Below the pieces are notes generated by a model, which saw only the letters and a list, made by a program, of their open reading frames with translations, was not told the DNA's origin and ran no database searches. The position numbers were made by a program, and so were the translations under genes. DNA of 37,123 nucleotides, from positions 1 through 37,123 of the IMG/VR virus record IMGVR_UViG_3300013014_001932. One strand, given 5' to 3'. This stretch comes from a virus. Taxonomy: Duplodnaviria > Caudoviricetes. Shown here piece by piece: positions 26,043-34,821 of the stretch (position 1 is the first letter of the stretch; every line of letters begins with the position of its first letter).

Positions 26043-26960
26043 ATGGCACAAAGATTTAAGGCTAAGACATTACTATCAAATACTGGTGTTTTCAATAACG
26101 AACTTTACGTTGTTGATAGTCAATTAAAATACATTCTTTCTAATTCAAATTCAATTAGAGCAATTGATCCAATTTCTCCATATACTGGTGGATTATTTTT
26201 TAATCAAAGCGGATTTAATTTAAAATTCATAAATAAAAATGGTTTTTATCAAAATTTAAATCCAATAGAAGTTACTACTGGAAATGAAGTGCTGATAAAT
26301 GGTAATTATAGTTTTGGAAGTTATACTAGTCAAATAACAGGAAGTGGAACTAATAATTTTCGCTTATTCAAAACAGATCGACTCCAAGATGTACTTCAAG
26401 ATATTAAAATATCTGGAATAAAAACAGGAAATACAATTACTATATTTAGTAGTGGTACACTTAATTCGGGTGAAAATTCTTTAGGAAAAGCCGCTCAGTA
26501 TCTAGTAGTTCCTTCTGGAGACATACAATATAATAGTTATAATACAATTAGAATTACGGGTGGAATTTACAGTGGATTAGCTTTAAGAAAATTTAAAACT
26601 GGGCCAACTATTAAAAATGATTATAAATATAATTTTTCTCTTCAAGATAGCGCTAACGTTATACCAAGAGAAAGATCTTTAGAAACGATATACGAAGTGA
26701 ATGTTACAGATGCTGGAGATCCAGTCAGATATTTAAATTTTCAATTTCCAACAGTGACAACATCAAATAATGCTATAATAACATTAAAATTTAATTTTGA
26801 AGCTAGTAGTAGTCCGTGCTCAGTTGTATGCGATCTTCAATCTAATGCTAGGGATCCTTCATTTACAGTAAATGCTGCAAATTATGGTTTTACACAAATA
26901 GAAAGAGTAATGCATCATTATAGAGAAGGTGTTGGATCAGGATTTTATGTTAGAATTTAA
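26043..26960 (+). CDS. Putative virion protein
   Basis: 305 aa; its TGVFNNE motif is shared with the next gene (SGVFNNE); SG/TG-rich. Confidence 0.6.
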   Translation: MAQRFKAKTLLSNTGVFNNELYVVDSQLKYILSNSNSIRAIDPISPYTGGLFFNQSGFNLKFINKNGFYQNLNPIEVTTGNEVLINGNYSFGSYTSQITGSGTNNFRLFKTDRLQDVLQDIKISGIKTGNTITIFSSGTLNSGENSLGKAAQYLVVPSGDIQYNSYNTIRITGGIYSGLALRKFKTGPTIKNDYKYNFSLQDSANVIPRERSLETIYEVNVTDAGDPVRYLNFQFPTVTTSNNAIITLKFNFEASSSPCSVVCDLQSNARDPSFTVNAANYGFTQIERVMHHYREGVGSGFYVRI

Positions 26961-26966
26961 AACAAG

Positions 26967-27063
26967 ATATATTGACGAGGTAAGTATGAGACCTGCCTAC
27001 CTAGTGAGAGTCCTAAAGGAAGTCTCTTGGGGTCCACTAATAAGTGGTACCTCGTCAGTATAT
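26967..27063 (+). ncRNA. Candidate multi-branched structured RNA (~97 nt); strand assumed from the flanking genes
   Basis: 16-bp closing stem ATATATTGACGAGGTA/TACCTCGTCAGTATAT (one G-U) encloses CCACT-aata-AGTGG and a CCTAG..GAGA..TCC-taaa-GGA..TCTC..TTGGG arm. GC-rich relative to other intergenic DNA. Confidence 0.6.
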
Positions 27064-27088
27064 GGCGTTTATAAAATAAGGAGTTAAA

Positions 27089-28753
27089 ATGGAAGATAGA
27101 AGAATACAAGCAAGTTACTTACAAATAGACAAAGGAATATTTGCAAATAATATTACGTCAACTGGTAATTTTCAAGTTTCTGGTAGTGGCGTTTTTAATA
27201 ACGAAGTAATTGCTCCTAATTTAGTTTACAATACTGGTAATCAAACCATTTCTGGGATTAAAACTTTTTTAGACGATTTAAATATTTCTGGAGATTTAAC
27301 TTTAAATGGTGGACTTTATATTAATGATATCGAAGAATTAAATCTTACAGGAGCTAATATTTATGCAGATAATTTAGTTTACAATACTGGAACTCAAACT
27401 ATTTCTGGAACTAAAACTTTTGCAACTGGAGTAAATATAAGTGGTCATGTGGGTATTGGTATTAATAGTAATAATTTTAATTTGTATGTTAGAAAATCCT
27501 CACCAGGAGCTGTAAATCCAGATAGTGATAGTATTGCTGTGTTTGAAGGAAGTGGAAATTCTCACATAACTGTTCTAGCATCAGATGCGCAAAGTGCTGG
27601 CGTGGTACTTGGTAGTCCAACTGATAACTTTGGTTCATACTTAAGCTGGAATCATGATAATAATGAATTAAAGCTTGCAACTGCTAATCCTGGTGGTTTT
27701 ATACAACTCTCGACCAACACTGAAACTCAAGCTGTAAGAATTACAAGCGGTGCTAATGTTGGTATTGGCACAATTTCTCCATCTGAAAAATTACAAGTAG
27801 TTGGAAATATATTAGCAAATAATCTTGTATATAATACTGGCGATCAAACTGTCTCTGGTGTTAAAACTTTTGCAACTGGAGTAGTAGTTTCTGGTAATCT
27901 TCAAGTTTCTGGTACTGGTATTTTTAATGCTCTTGATCTAAACAACATTGATAGTTTAAGTTTTTCTGGAGTAGATGTAACCATAACAAGTGGAATTGTT
28001 ACGTTAACAAATGCCCCAATTCTTAGTGGCAATCCTTTAATTACTGGTAATTTATCTCTCTATGCAACAACAGCAAATTTAATTTCTACTGGTTCTCGTA
28101 TTGATACTTTGAGTGGTCAAGTCGTATTTACAACTGGTAATCAAACTATCTCTGGTATAAAAAGTTTTGCAACTGGCATAGATATAATTAATAGCGGTAA
28201 TCCTCAAAATCTAAGAGTTTTTAATAGAACAGGAACCAATACTGGTGAATTTGGATTTTTTGGTTGGAATAATAATCAATTAACTATTGGAGCACAGCAA
28301 ACAAATTCTGGAATATTAAGAGACGTAATTTTAACTGGCGCAAATATTAATATTAATGCTTCTGGTGTTTTAAACATTTTTGATCCTGTTAATATTACTG
28401 GTAATGTTACAATTACTGGTCATCTTTCTGCAACTTCTAAATCATTTTTAATAGATCATCCAACTCAAATTAATAAAAAACTCCAATACGGCAGTTTAGA
28501 AGGTCCAGAACACGGAGTTTTCGTAAGAGGAAAAACAAACGAAAATATAATAAATCTTCCAAATTACTGGGCATCTTTAGTTGATGAGAATAGTATTTCA
28601 GTTAACTTAACGCCAATTGATGTATTCTCTAATATTTATGTTGTTGAATATAATAATAGAAGAGTAGTCACAGATGGTAATAATGGAAACTATTATTTTT
28701 ATACAGTATATGGAGAAAGAAAAGATATTCCTAAATTAACTGTGGAGTTTTAA
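27089..28753 (+). CDS. Tail-fibre-like protein
   Basis: Four NLVYNTGxQTISGxKTF-type repeats; VGIGT motif; C-terminal ATSKSFLIDHP...LQYGSLEGPE.GV..RG domain. Confidence 0.75.
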   Translation: MEDRRIQASYLQIDKGIFANNITSTGNFQVSGSGVFNNEVIAPNLVYNTGNQTISGIKTFLDDLNISGDLTLNGGLYINDIEELNLTGANIYADNLVYNTGTQTISGTKTFATGVNISGHVGIGINSNNFNLYVRKSSPGAVNPDSDSIAVFEGSGNSHITVLASDAQSAGVVLGSPTDNFGSYLSWNHDNNELKLATANPGGFIQLSTNTETQAVRITSGANVGIGTISPSEKLQVVGNILANNLVYNTGDQTVSGVKTFATGVVVSGNLQVSGTGIFNALDLNNIDSLSFSGVDVTITSGIVTLTNAPILSGNPLITGNLSLYATTANLISTGSRIDTLSGQVVFTTGNQTISGIKSFATGIDIINSGNPQNLRVFNRTGTNTGEFGFFGWNNNQLTIGAQQTNSGILRDVILTGANININASGVLNIFDPVNITGNVTITGHLSATSKSFLIDHPTQINKKLQYGSLEGPEHGVFVRGKTNENIINLPNYWASLVDENSISVNLTPIDVFSNIYVVEYNNRRVVTDGNNGNYYFYTVYGERKDIPKLTVEF

Positions 28754-28754
28754 T

Positions 28755-29459
28755 ATGGGAGTAGGATATAATCCTAAGATTGTTACTGATGGATTAGTAC
28801 TATGCTTAGACGCCGCTAATAGAAAAAGCTATTCTGGAACTGGAACTTCTTGGAAAGATTTAAGTGGAAATAATAGAAATTTTAATTGGTTTTCTAGTCC
28901 ATCTTTTGTTGCTCAAGGACCACTTTCTTATTTTACGACTTTAGGAAATAGATGCACTGGTCCAGCTTCAAATTCTTTTAATATAAATAATACAACTGGA
29001 TATACAATATTTTTAATTTGTATGCAGAATAGTCTTGTTGATACTTCTGCATTTAAATTTTATGGATCAGGTGGATTTAATAGAGGCATTTTTGCTCATC
29101 TTACATGGAGCGATAATGTTGTTTATTTTGATCAAGGAGGATGTTGCGATCCAGATACAAGAACGAATGTTGCTAGTGGAGGCTCTCAAACTTGGAATAT
29201 ATGGACATTTAGAAGATTAACAAATAGCTCTACTAGAACTATTAGTAAAAATGGAAGAACTTTAATAACAAATACAGCCACTGCAGCGAATATCAACTTA
29301 AATTCAACTAATATTGATTTAGGTAGCTCAGATGAATATGGTGGAAATAGTTCAACTTGGAACGCAAGATTAAATTTTTTTAATGTATATAATAGAGGTT
29401 TATCTGATCTTGAGATTCTTCAAAACTACAATGCTTTAAAAGGAAGGTTTAATTTATGA
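28755..29459 (+). CDS. LamG/ConA-like lectin-domain virion protein 1
   Basis: PKIVTDGLVLCLDAAN..SY.G N-terminus and YNR.LS..EILQNYNALKGRF C-terminus. Confidence 0.8.
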   Translation: MGVGYNPKIVTDGLVLCLDAANRKSYSGTGTSWKDLSGNNRNFNWFSSPSFVAQGPLSYFTTLGNRCTGPASNSFNINNTTGYTIFLICMQNSLVDTSAFKFYGSGGFNRGIFAHLTWSDNVVYFDQGGCCDPDTRTNVASGGSQTWNIWTFRRLTNSSTRTISKNGRTLITNTATAANINLNSTNIDLGSSDEYGGNSSTWNARLNFFNVYNRGLSDLEILQNYNALKGRFNL

Positions 29460-30121
29460 GCTTTCATCATTCTCCTAAAATAGTTACTGATGGATTAGTA
29501 ATGTGCTTAGATGCAGCTAATAAGAAAAGTTATTCTGGAAGTGGAAATACTTGGCGTGATTTGAGTGGAAATAATAATCATGGGATACTTACAAATAGTC
29601 CAACTTTTAGTTCTTTAAATGGCGGAATTATTATATTTAATGGTACAAATAATTTTGTAGATACTCAAAAAACAGCTGCGCAATTAGGATTTTATGATGC
29701 AACTTATACTATGGAAGCTTGGGTTTACCCAACAGCTTTAGATTCTGATAGAACAATGTTCGGAACAGATACTGTTGGTGGCAGACAAGGTCTTCATTTA
29801 GTTTTTAGAAGTGCACAAATATACCAAGGTCATTTCGGTTCTGATTTTGGCGCAGGCACAGTATCAATTAATAATTGGTATCAGATAGTTTATACATATA
29901 ATATAACAAATAATGCATGTCAAATATTTAAAAATGGCATACTACAAGGAACAGGGAGTATTGGATCTTTTATTGGTACAGGCAATATTTTAATTGGTAG
30001 ATGGGCTAATTTTTATTATTTTAGCGGGAATGGAAGTATTTACAGAATTTACAATAGACTCTTATCAGCTTCTCAAATTCTTCAAAACTACAACGCCCTA
30101 AAAGGAAGATTTAATTTATGA
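29456..30121 (+). CDS. LamG/ConA-like lectin-domain virion protein 2
   Basis: Same termini; YTMEAWVYP and NNWYQIVYTY LamG strands. Confidence 0.85.
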   Translation: MSFHHSPKIVTDGLVMCLDAANKKSYSGSGNTWRDLSGNNNHGILTNSPTFSSLNGGIIIFNGTNNFVDTQKTAAQLGFYDATYTMEAWVYPTALDSDRTMFGTDTVGGRQGLHLVFRSAQIYQGHFGSDFGAGTVSINNWYQIVYTYNITNNACQIFKNGILQGTGSIGSFIGTGNILIGRWANFYYFSGNGSIYRIYNRLLSASQILQNYNALKGRFNL

Positions 30122-30825
30122 GCGCAGTAGGTGGACCAGATTTAATTACAAATAATTTAGTCTTTCATGTGGACGCTTCTAACCCAAGATGCTATTCTGG
30201 TGGATCAATCTGCAGAGATTTAACTAATATAAATGGAAATGGCACGATCACAAACGTATCTTTAAGTTCAGATAAAGCATTTCTTATGAATAGTAATGGT
30301 TCTTCAATTTCTTTTCTTAAAGCAGTAAATTTAGCTAATAATTTTACATACTCTGTTGTATTTTATGTAGATAATATTATTACAAATGATGGCACAGTAC
30401 TACTTACAAGTTTCAACGATTTTTATGGAGGAATGGGTTTAGCAGTTTATGACGCTGCTTCTGATGTATATGGCCTTTGGACCGCTTTTACTGATAATAT
30501 TTCTGCTGGAGATGAATTTACTGTCTCATTCGGCGGATCTGCACCTAACTTTTCTAGAAAAATTCGTATTTTAACAGGCACTTGGAATGGTACTACGTGT
30601 ACTTTTTATTTAAATGGAAATAAAGTCGATAGTAGATCTCAAGCCCCCGCAATAATTTCTGAGCAAACATACATAGACATAGGATCCAATCATGGCAACT
30701 ATTTTCCTAATAACTTAACTGCAGCTGGAACTAAAATATACCAAGCTTCTGTTTATAATAGAGCATTAACAGACGGCGAAGTACTTCAAAATTATAACTC
30801 ATTAAAAACGCGTTATAGAATATAA
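30118..30825 (+). CDS. LamG/ConA-like lectin-domain virion protein 3
   Basis: LVFHVDASNP..YSG N-terminus; FYLNG; VYNRALTDGEVLQNYNSLK. Confidence 0.8.
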   Translation: MSAVGGPDLITNNLVFHVDASNPRCYSGGSICRDLTNINGNGTITNVSLSSDKAFLMNSNGSSISFLKAVNLANNFTYSVVFYVDNIITNDGTVLLTSFNDFYGGMGLAVYDAASDVYGLWTAFTDNISAGDEFTVSFGGSAPNFSRKIRILTGTWNGTTCTFYLNGNKVDSRSQAPAIISEQTYIDIGSNHGNYFPNNLTAAGTKIYQASVYNRALTDGEVLQNYNSLKTRYRI

Positions 30826-30844
30826 AGGAGTGTAATTATATACA

Positions 30845-31867
30845 ATGTCTAACATACTAATCAATCCAAATTCGGGGCTAATAGAATTTGCCACAGGAGT
30901 AGCTGGCGGAAGTTCTTTTATTTCTAATGTTAATTTTACTGGAGGCTCTTCTTATTCAGCAAGATTAAGTCATGATAATCTTGGAGGACTTAATATAGTT
31001 TCATATACCACTGGATCTGGAGTAGATTATTCTGGAGTAGAACGTTTTTCAATTGATGGTAATAATGGTAGACTATTTAGCGTAACAGATAATCTTAGTG
31101 GTTCTCTTTTTAGCGTTAATGATATAGCTGGTCTTCCAATCATAGAAGCTTTTGATGATAATACAGTTGTTATGGGCGCTTTTAATAGAAATGATTTTGT
31201 ATTAACTGGAAATTCATTAGGATTAGGCGGACTCCCAAATACTGGCACAACTAAATTATATGTTAGTGGAAATGTCAGTATAACAAGTGGAAACGTAACA
31301 GTAAATAATACAAACGTAGCACTATCAAATCAAATATTTTCAGCATTTCCTCCAGGCACTGGAGTAAGAAGATATAGACCAGATGGAGTTTTAACTATAG
31401 GTACCGTAGCTCCTCCTAGTGGGTTTATTGGTTACTTTCCAATTATAATTAAAAAATTCGCAATAAATCCAAAAATTTCTGTTGAAGTTAGTACTGTAGT
31501 TAATCCTACTCCAATTAGATATGGCATATATTCTGGTATTAGCGGATTTGAGGGAGCTCGATTATTTAATAGTGGATCTATTGATTGTCCTAGTGCACTG
31601 GGTGTATATACTTCTAATATATCAGTAGATCTTCCAGAAGGACCATACATTATTGGTACCTCAAATACTGGAGTTGCTTCCCCTCATTCATTTAGATCTG
31701 CGGCGGCGTCCCTCGGACCTGTGATGTTTGGCGAGCCAACTGGAAACACGCTTTTTGGAGGCAGTACTATTCATTATTATGAGTCAGGAAGTGATTTACG
31801 TACTATAATAGGAACTGGACTTATTGCTACGACTGCAGCGGGCCCTATACCATTTATTTCATATTAA
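30845..31867 (+). CDS. Putative fibre-associated virion protein
   Basis: FSIDGNNGRLFSVTDNLSGSLFSVNDIAGLP motif; SG/TG-rich; GTGTAAT at 30830. Confidence 0.6.
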   Translation: MSNILINPNSGLIEFATGVAGGSSFISNVNFTGGSSYSARLSHDNLGGLNIVSYTTGSGVDYSGVERFSIDGNNGRLFSVTDNLSGSLFSVNDIAGLPIIEAFDDNTVVMGAFNRNDFVLTGNSLGLGGLPNTGTTKLYVSGNVSITSGNVTVNNTNVALSNQIFSAFPPGTGVRRYRPDGVLTIGTVAPPSGFIGYFPIIIKKFAINPKISVEVSTVVNPTPIRYGIYSGISGFEGARLFNSGSIDCPSALGVYTSNISVDLPEGPYIIGTSNTGVASPHSFRSAAASLGPVMFGEPTGNTLFGGSTIHYYESGSDLRTIIGTGLIATTAAGPIPFISY

Positions 31868-31915
31868 TTATTAGATTTTAAAATTATAACTATATATAAT
31901 ATAGTGTAATATAAT

Positions 31916-32200
31916 ATGAAAACTATGCTATCTAAAATATTTGGCCCAAATTGGAGATCTAGCTCATCTGGCATTGCAACAGTTGTAGCAGTTTCTACTG
32001 CAATAGCAATTCATTCTGACCCTTCATTAGTAGCATTTCTTCCAGATCATGCAGAATCTTATATCACAGGAATTTCAAAATTAATTGCAGTTGTATCTGG
32101 TATTATTTTTGCATTAACAGTAAAAGATGCAGCAGTTACTGGTGGAACAGTAGCTCAAACAAGTGAAGCAAAAGATAGAACAAATGGAGAAAACATATGA
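31916..32200 (+). CDS. Holin candidate (two hydrophobic segments)
   Basis: NWRSSSSG + TM1, TM2 + KD; first gene of the lysis cluster; GTGTAAT at 31904. Confidence 0.6.
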   Translation: MKTMLSKIFGPNWRSSSSGIATVVAVSTAIAIHSDPSLVAFLPDHAESYITGISKLIAVVSGIIFALTVKDAAVTGGTVAQTSEAKDRTNGENI

Positions 32201-32646
32201 ATAAATTACAATTAGCCGCAGTTGCTCTTTTGAGCGTATTTCTTGGAGCTTGTGCCACAACCAATACTGGAAAAGTTGATGTTGCAACAAGTGTTGAAAA
32301 CACTCTTCCTTATGTTAAACCAGCAGTAATATTAGCTTGCACCGTTGTTCTTGATCAAGCCGTTTCTGGTAGCGATAGAATTGAAAAAGCTAAAATGATA
32401 AACAACGTTGCAGCAATTGTAGAAGCACTAACAGTTGGAAATACTCCAACTCCAGAACAACTTCAAAAAGCTCTTAACGATTATCTTCCAAGTGAAAAAA
32501 CTCATTGGGCAAATTATGTTACTGTTATCAAAGATCTTTATGCTCAACAATTTGCTAGACTAAATGGAAATGGTGCTCTTGCAGTAAAGGTACTTAACGC
32601 TATTGCTTCTGGATGCAAAGATGCAACAGCAAGTTACGTAGAGTAA
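32197..32646 (+). CDS. Lipoprotein (lysis cassette)
   Basis: Signal peptide with lipobox LGAC; helical body. Confidence 0.7.
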   Translation: MNKLQLAAVALLSVFLGACATTNTGKVDVATSVENTLPYVKPAVILACTVVLDQAVSGSDRIEKAKMINNVAAIVEALTVGNTPTPEQLQKALNDYLPSEKTHWANYVTVIKDLYAQQFARLNGNGALAVKVLNAIASGCKDATASYVE

Positions 32647-32648
32647 TC

Positions 32649-32849
32649 ATGCCAACTGGAATATTAACAGCTTTACTCTCAGCAGTATCTGGAATATTCG
32701 CAGCAATCAATAACGTATTCGGCGCGAAGAATACAAAAGAAATGAAAGAGCGCCAAGAAGCTCAAAAAGAAGTTGATCATCAAAGTGGAATCGAAAATGC
32801 AGTAAAGGAAAAAGACCTTGAACAAGCTCGCAAGCATATTAGTTCTTAA
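32649..32849 (+). CDS. i-spanin-like membrane protein
   Basis: MPTGILTALLSAVSGIFAAI hydrophobic N-terminus plus a charged coiled coil; overlaps the next lipoprotein. Start reassigned from 32613. Confidence 0.5.
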   Translation: MPTGILTALLSAVSGIFAAINNVFGAKNTKEMKERQEAQKEVDHQSGIENAVKEKDLEQARKHISS

Positions 32850-33234
32850 TTTTCTTCTTGTTGGATGTGCTACTGTGACACCAAATAAAATACAAGATGA
32901 CAAATCATCTTATGATGCAACTACTCCAAAGCAATATGATAAAGATAATGGTGGATTAATTTCTTTTTTTGGTGATGATGCACTTATTACTCGTCAAGCG
33001 CGTGAAAGATATAATAATTTAATTAAAATGTATAGAATCAAATTTAAAAAAGAAAAAGCAATTGATCTAGTTGAAGATTCTGGAATCAAACCTTATAAGG
33101 ATAGTTTTGGTAATGAATTATTTCTTATTAGTAGCGAACATCTTGTTTATTTTGGTGTTATGAACTCTTGGCTAAAAGAAAAAGTGCCTCAAGATAATAT
33201 ATTAGACAAGACTATAGATAAAATAAATAATTAA
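32818..33234 (+). CDS. Lipoprotein, o-spanin candidate
   Basis: Lipobox LVGC; overlaps the 3' end of the preceding TM/coiled-coil gene, a typical spanin arrangement. Confidence 0.6.
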   Translation: MNKLASILVLNFLLVGCATVTPNKIQDDKSSYDATTPKQYDKDNGGLISFFGDDALITRQARERYNNLIKMYRIKFKKEKAIDLVEDSGIKPYKDSFGNELFLISSEHLVYFGVMNSWLKEKVPQDNILDKTIDKINN

Positions 33235-33243
33235 TATAATAAT

Positions 33244-34005
33244 ATGCCTTTATCAACATTTTATTATAGCAATGGCACTTCAAGTACTAACGCTGGTACA
33301 ACTATTACTCAAGATAGTTATAATAGAAATTTGCAATTAACTAGTGTTAATATTGATAACGGGGTGATTAGTATTGGCGCAGAAGCATTCGGAGCTTGCA
33401 TCGACTTAACTAGCGTAACAATTGCCAACAGTGTAACTAGTATTGGGACTGGTGCATTTGAGGAATGCACTGGTTTAACGAGCTTATATTTTTTAGGAAA
33501 TGCTCCTACTTTAGGAGTTTCAGTTTTTTCACTTACTAGTGCTAATTTAAAAATTTATAGATACTCAACAAAATCTGGCTGGTCTAGTACTTTTGGTGGC
33601 AAAGATGTTTTATTAATAGATACGGTGAGTAAAGGCTTAAGAACTTTTGGATTCAGCGGTCTTAGCTTAAATAAAGCTTCAATTAAAAAACAAAATCTTG
33701 GTGGTGGAAAAATATCACTCTTTTTTGATACTTTACCATTAAATACACAAAGCATTAGATTGAATTTAGGTTATGAACTTGGTGGTTGTGGAAATGATTT
33801 TGTATTAACTCAAAATGGTGTTTGGAGTCAAAATAGTTGTGATTTTTATGTGAGGTGGGATGATAAAAATGGAACTTTACCTTATAGATGGAGATTATTT
33901 TATAGCAGCGATGGTAGAACAGACCGCGCTTCTCATCCAACAGCTGGCCCAGATAGTTTACCAAAAAAAGGCTGGAGCAATGGAATGACGATAAGTATAA
34001 TTTAA
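33244..34005 (+). CDS. BspA-type (LRR_5) repeat protein with an unrelated C-terminal domain
   Basis: LTSVNIDNGVISIGAEAFGAC / LTSVTIANSVTSIGTGAFEEC / LTSLYFLGNAP. Confidence 0.85.
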   Translation: MPLSTFYYSNGTSSTNAGTTITQDSYNRNLQLTSVNIDNGVISIGAEAFGACIDLTSVTIANSVTSIGTGAFEECTGLTSLYFLGNAPTLGVSVFSLTSANLKIYRYSTKSGWSSTFGGKDVLLIDTVSKGLRTFGFSGLSLNKASIKKQNLGGGKISLFFDTLPLNTQSIRLNLGYELGGCGNDFVLTQNGVWSQNSCDFYVRWDDKNGTLPYRWRLFYSSDGRTDRASHPTAGPDSLPKKGWSNGMTISII

Positions 34006-34008
34006 ATT

Positions 34009-34635
34009 ATGTTAAGTAAAAAATCCTTAGATCTTATTTTAGAATTTGAAGTTGGCGGTGGCGAAAACTATTATAATAAATTTTTAAAAAATCCAGCTTG
34101 GCCCGAAGGCCAAAGCGGAGTTACAATTGGTGTTGGTTACGACTTGGGATATGTAAATAAAACAGAATTCACAAATGGTTGGAAAGAATTACCTCAAAAA
34201 GATTTTGACAGATTATATAAAGTAGTTGGAATAAAAGGCATAGCAGCAAAAGATCTTATCAGAGGATTAAAAGATATCTCTATTCCTTGGGATCTTGCTC
34301 TTAAAGTATTTAACAATAAAACAGTAACTAAATTTTACAACTTAACACAAAAAACTTTTCCTAATTTTGATAATCTTCCAGAAGATGCAAAAGGTGGATT
34401 AGTTAGTCTTGTATTTAATAGAGGAGCAGCTTTAGAAGGTGATCGCCGCCGCGAAATGAAATTAATACGAGATGGCATGAAATTAGTATCCTCTTATGAT
34501 CAAAAAGCATTAACCTTTATAGCTAATCAAATAAGAAGTATGAAAAGAATATGGGCTGGAGGAAGCATAGAAAAAGGTATGAGTAGAAGAAGAGACGCAG
34601 AAGCTAAATTAATAGAAGATTCCTTAAAAGTGTAA
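34009..34635 (+). CDS. Endolysin, lysozyme-like (GH24/pesticin-related)
   Basis: LILEFE catalytic Glu, WP.GQSGVTIGVGYDLG, LVSLVFNRG, GMSRRRDAEA. Confidence 0.88.
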   Translation: MLSKKSLDLILEFEVGGGENYYNKFLKNPAWPEGQSGVTIGVGYDLGYVNKTEFTNGWKELPQKDFDRLYKVVGIKGIAAKDLIRGLKDISIPWDLALKVFNNKTVTKFYNLTQKTFPNFDNLPEDAKGGLVSLVFNRGAALEGDRRREMKLIRDGMKLVSSYDQKALTFIANQIRSMKRIWAGGSIEKGMSRRRDAEAKLIEDSLKV

Positions 34636-34643
34636 TAATCTTT

Positions 34644-34796
34644 ATGAAAAAGTTAGTGTTAATATTACCTTTATTATTGATTTTAAATGGTTGTTCAGAA
34701 CAAAGCTATGAAAGTAGAGAATTGCCTACTAAATACCCAGAAATCCCAACTATGGGTTCTGCAGACGACGCAACAAAAGAATTATACAAAAAATAA
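34644..34796 (+). CDS. Small lipoprotein (50 aa)
   Basis: Below the track cutoff: MKKLVLILPLLLILNGCSEQSYESRELPTKYPEIPTMGSADDATKELYKK. Lipobox LNGC; GTGTAAT at 34630. Confidence 0.7.
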   Translation: MKKLVLILPLLLILNGCSEQSYESRELPTKYPEIPTMGSADDATKELYKK

Positions 34797-34821
34797 TATC
34801 AATTAAAGTGTAATATTTAAC

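Noticed and set aside
27030-27063. CTGACGAG on the minus strand as a hammerhead ribozyme core
   Set aside because: A stem follows, but the required GAAA and the stem III/NUH site are absent.
26967-27063. tRNA or retron msr-msd interpretation of the structured element
   Set aside because: No T-loop (TTCRA) or D-loop consensus and no CCA end; no reverse transcriptase nearby.
33431-33437. GTGTAAC inside the BspA-LRR gene as a promoter box
   Set aside because: Mid-gene, followed by C instead of T/A, and far from any start codon; likely background.
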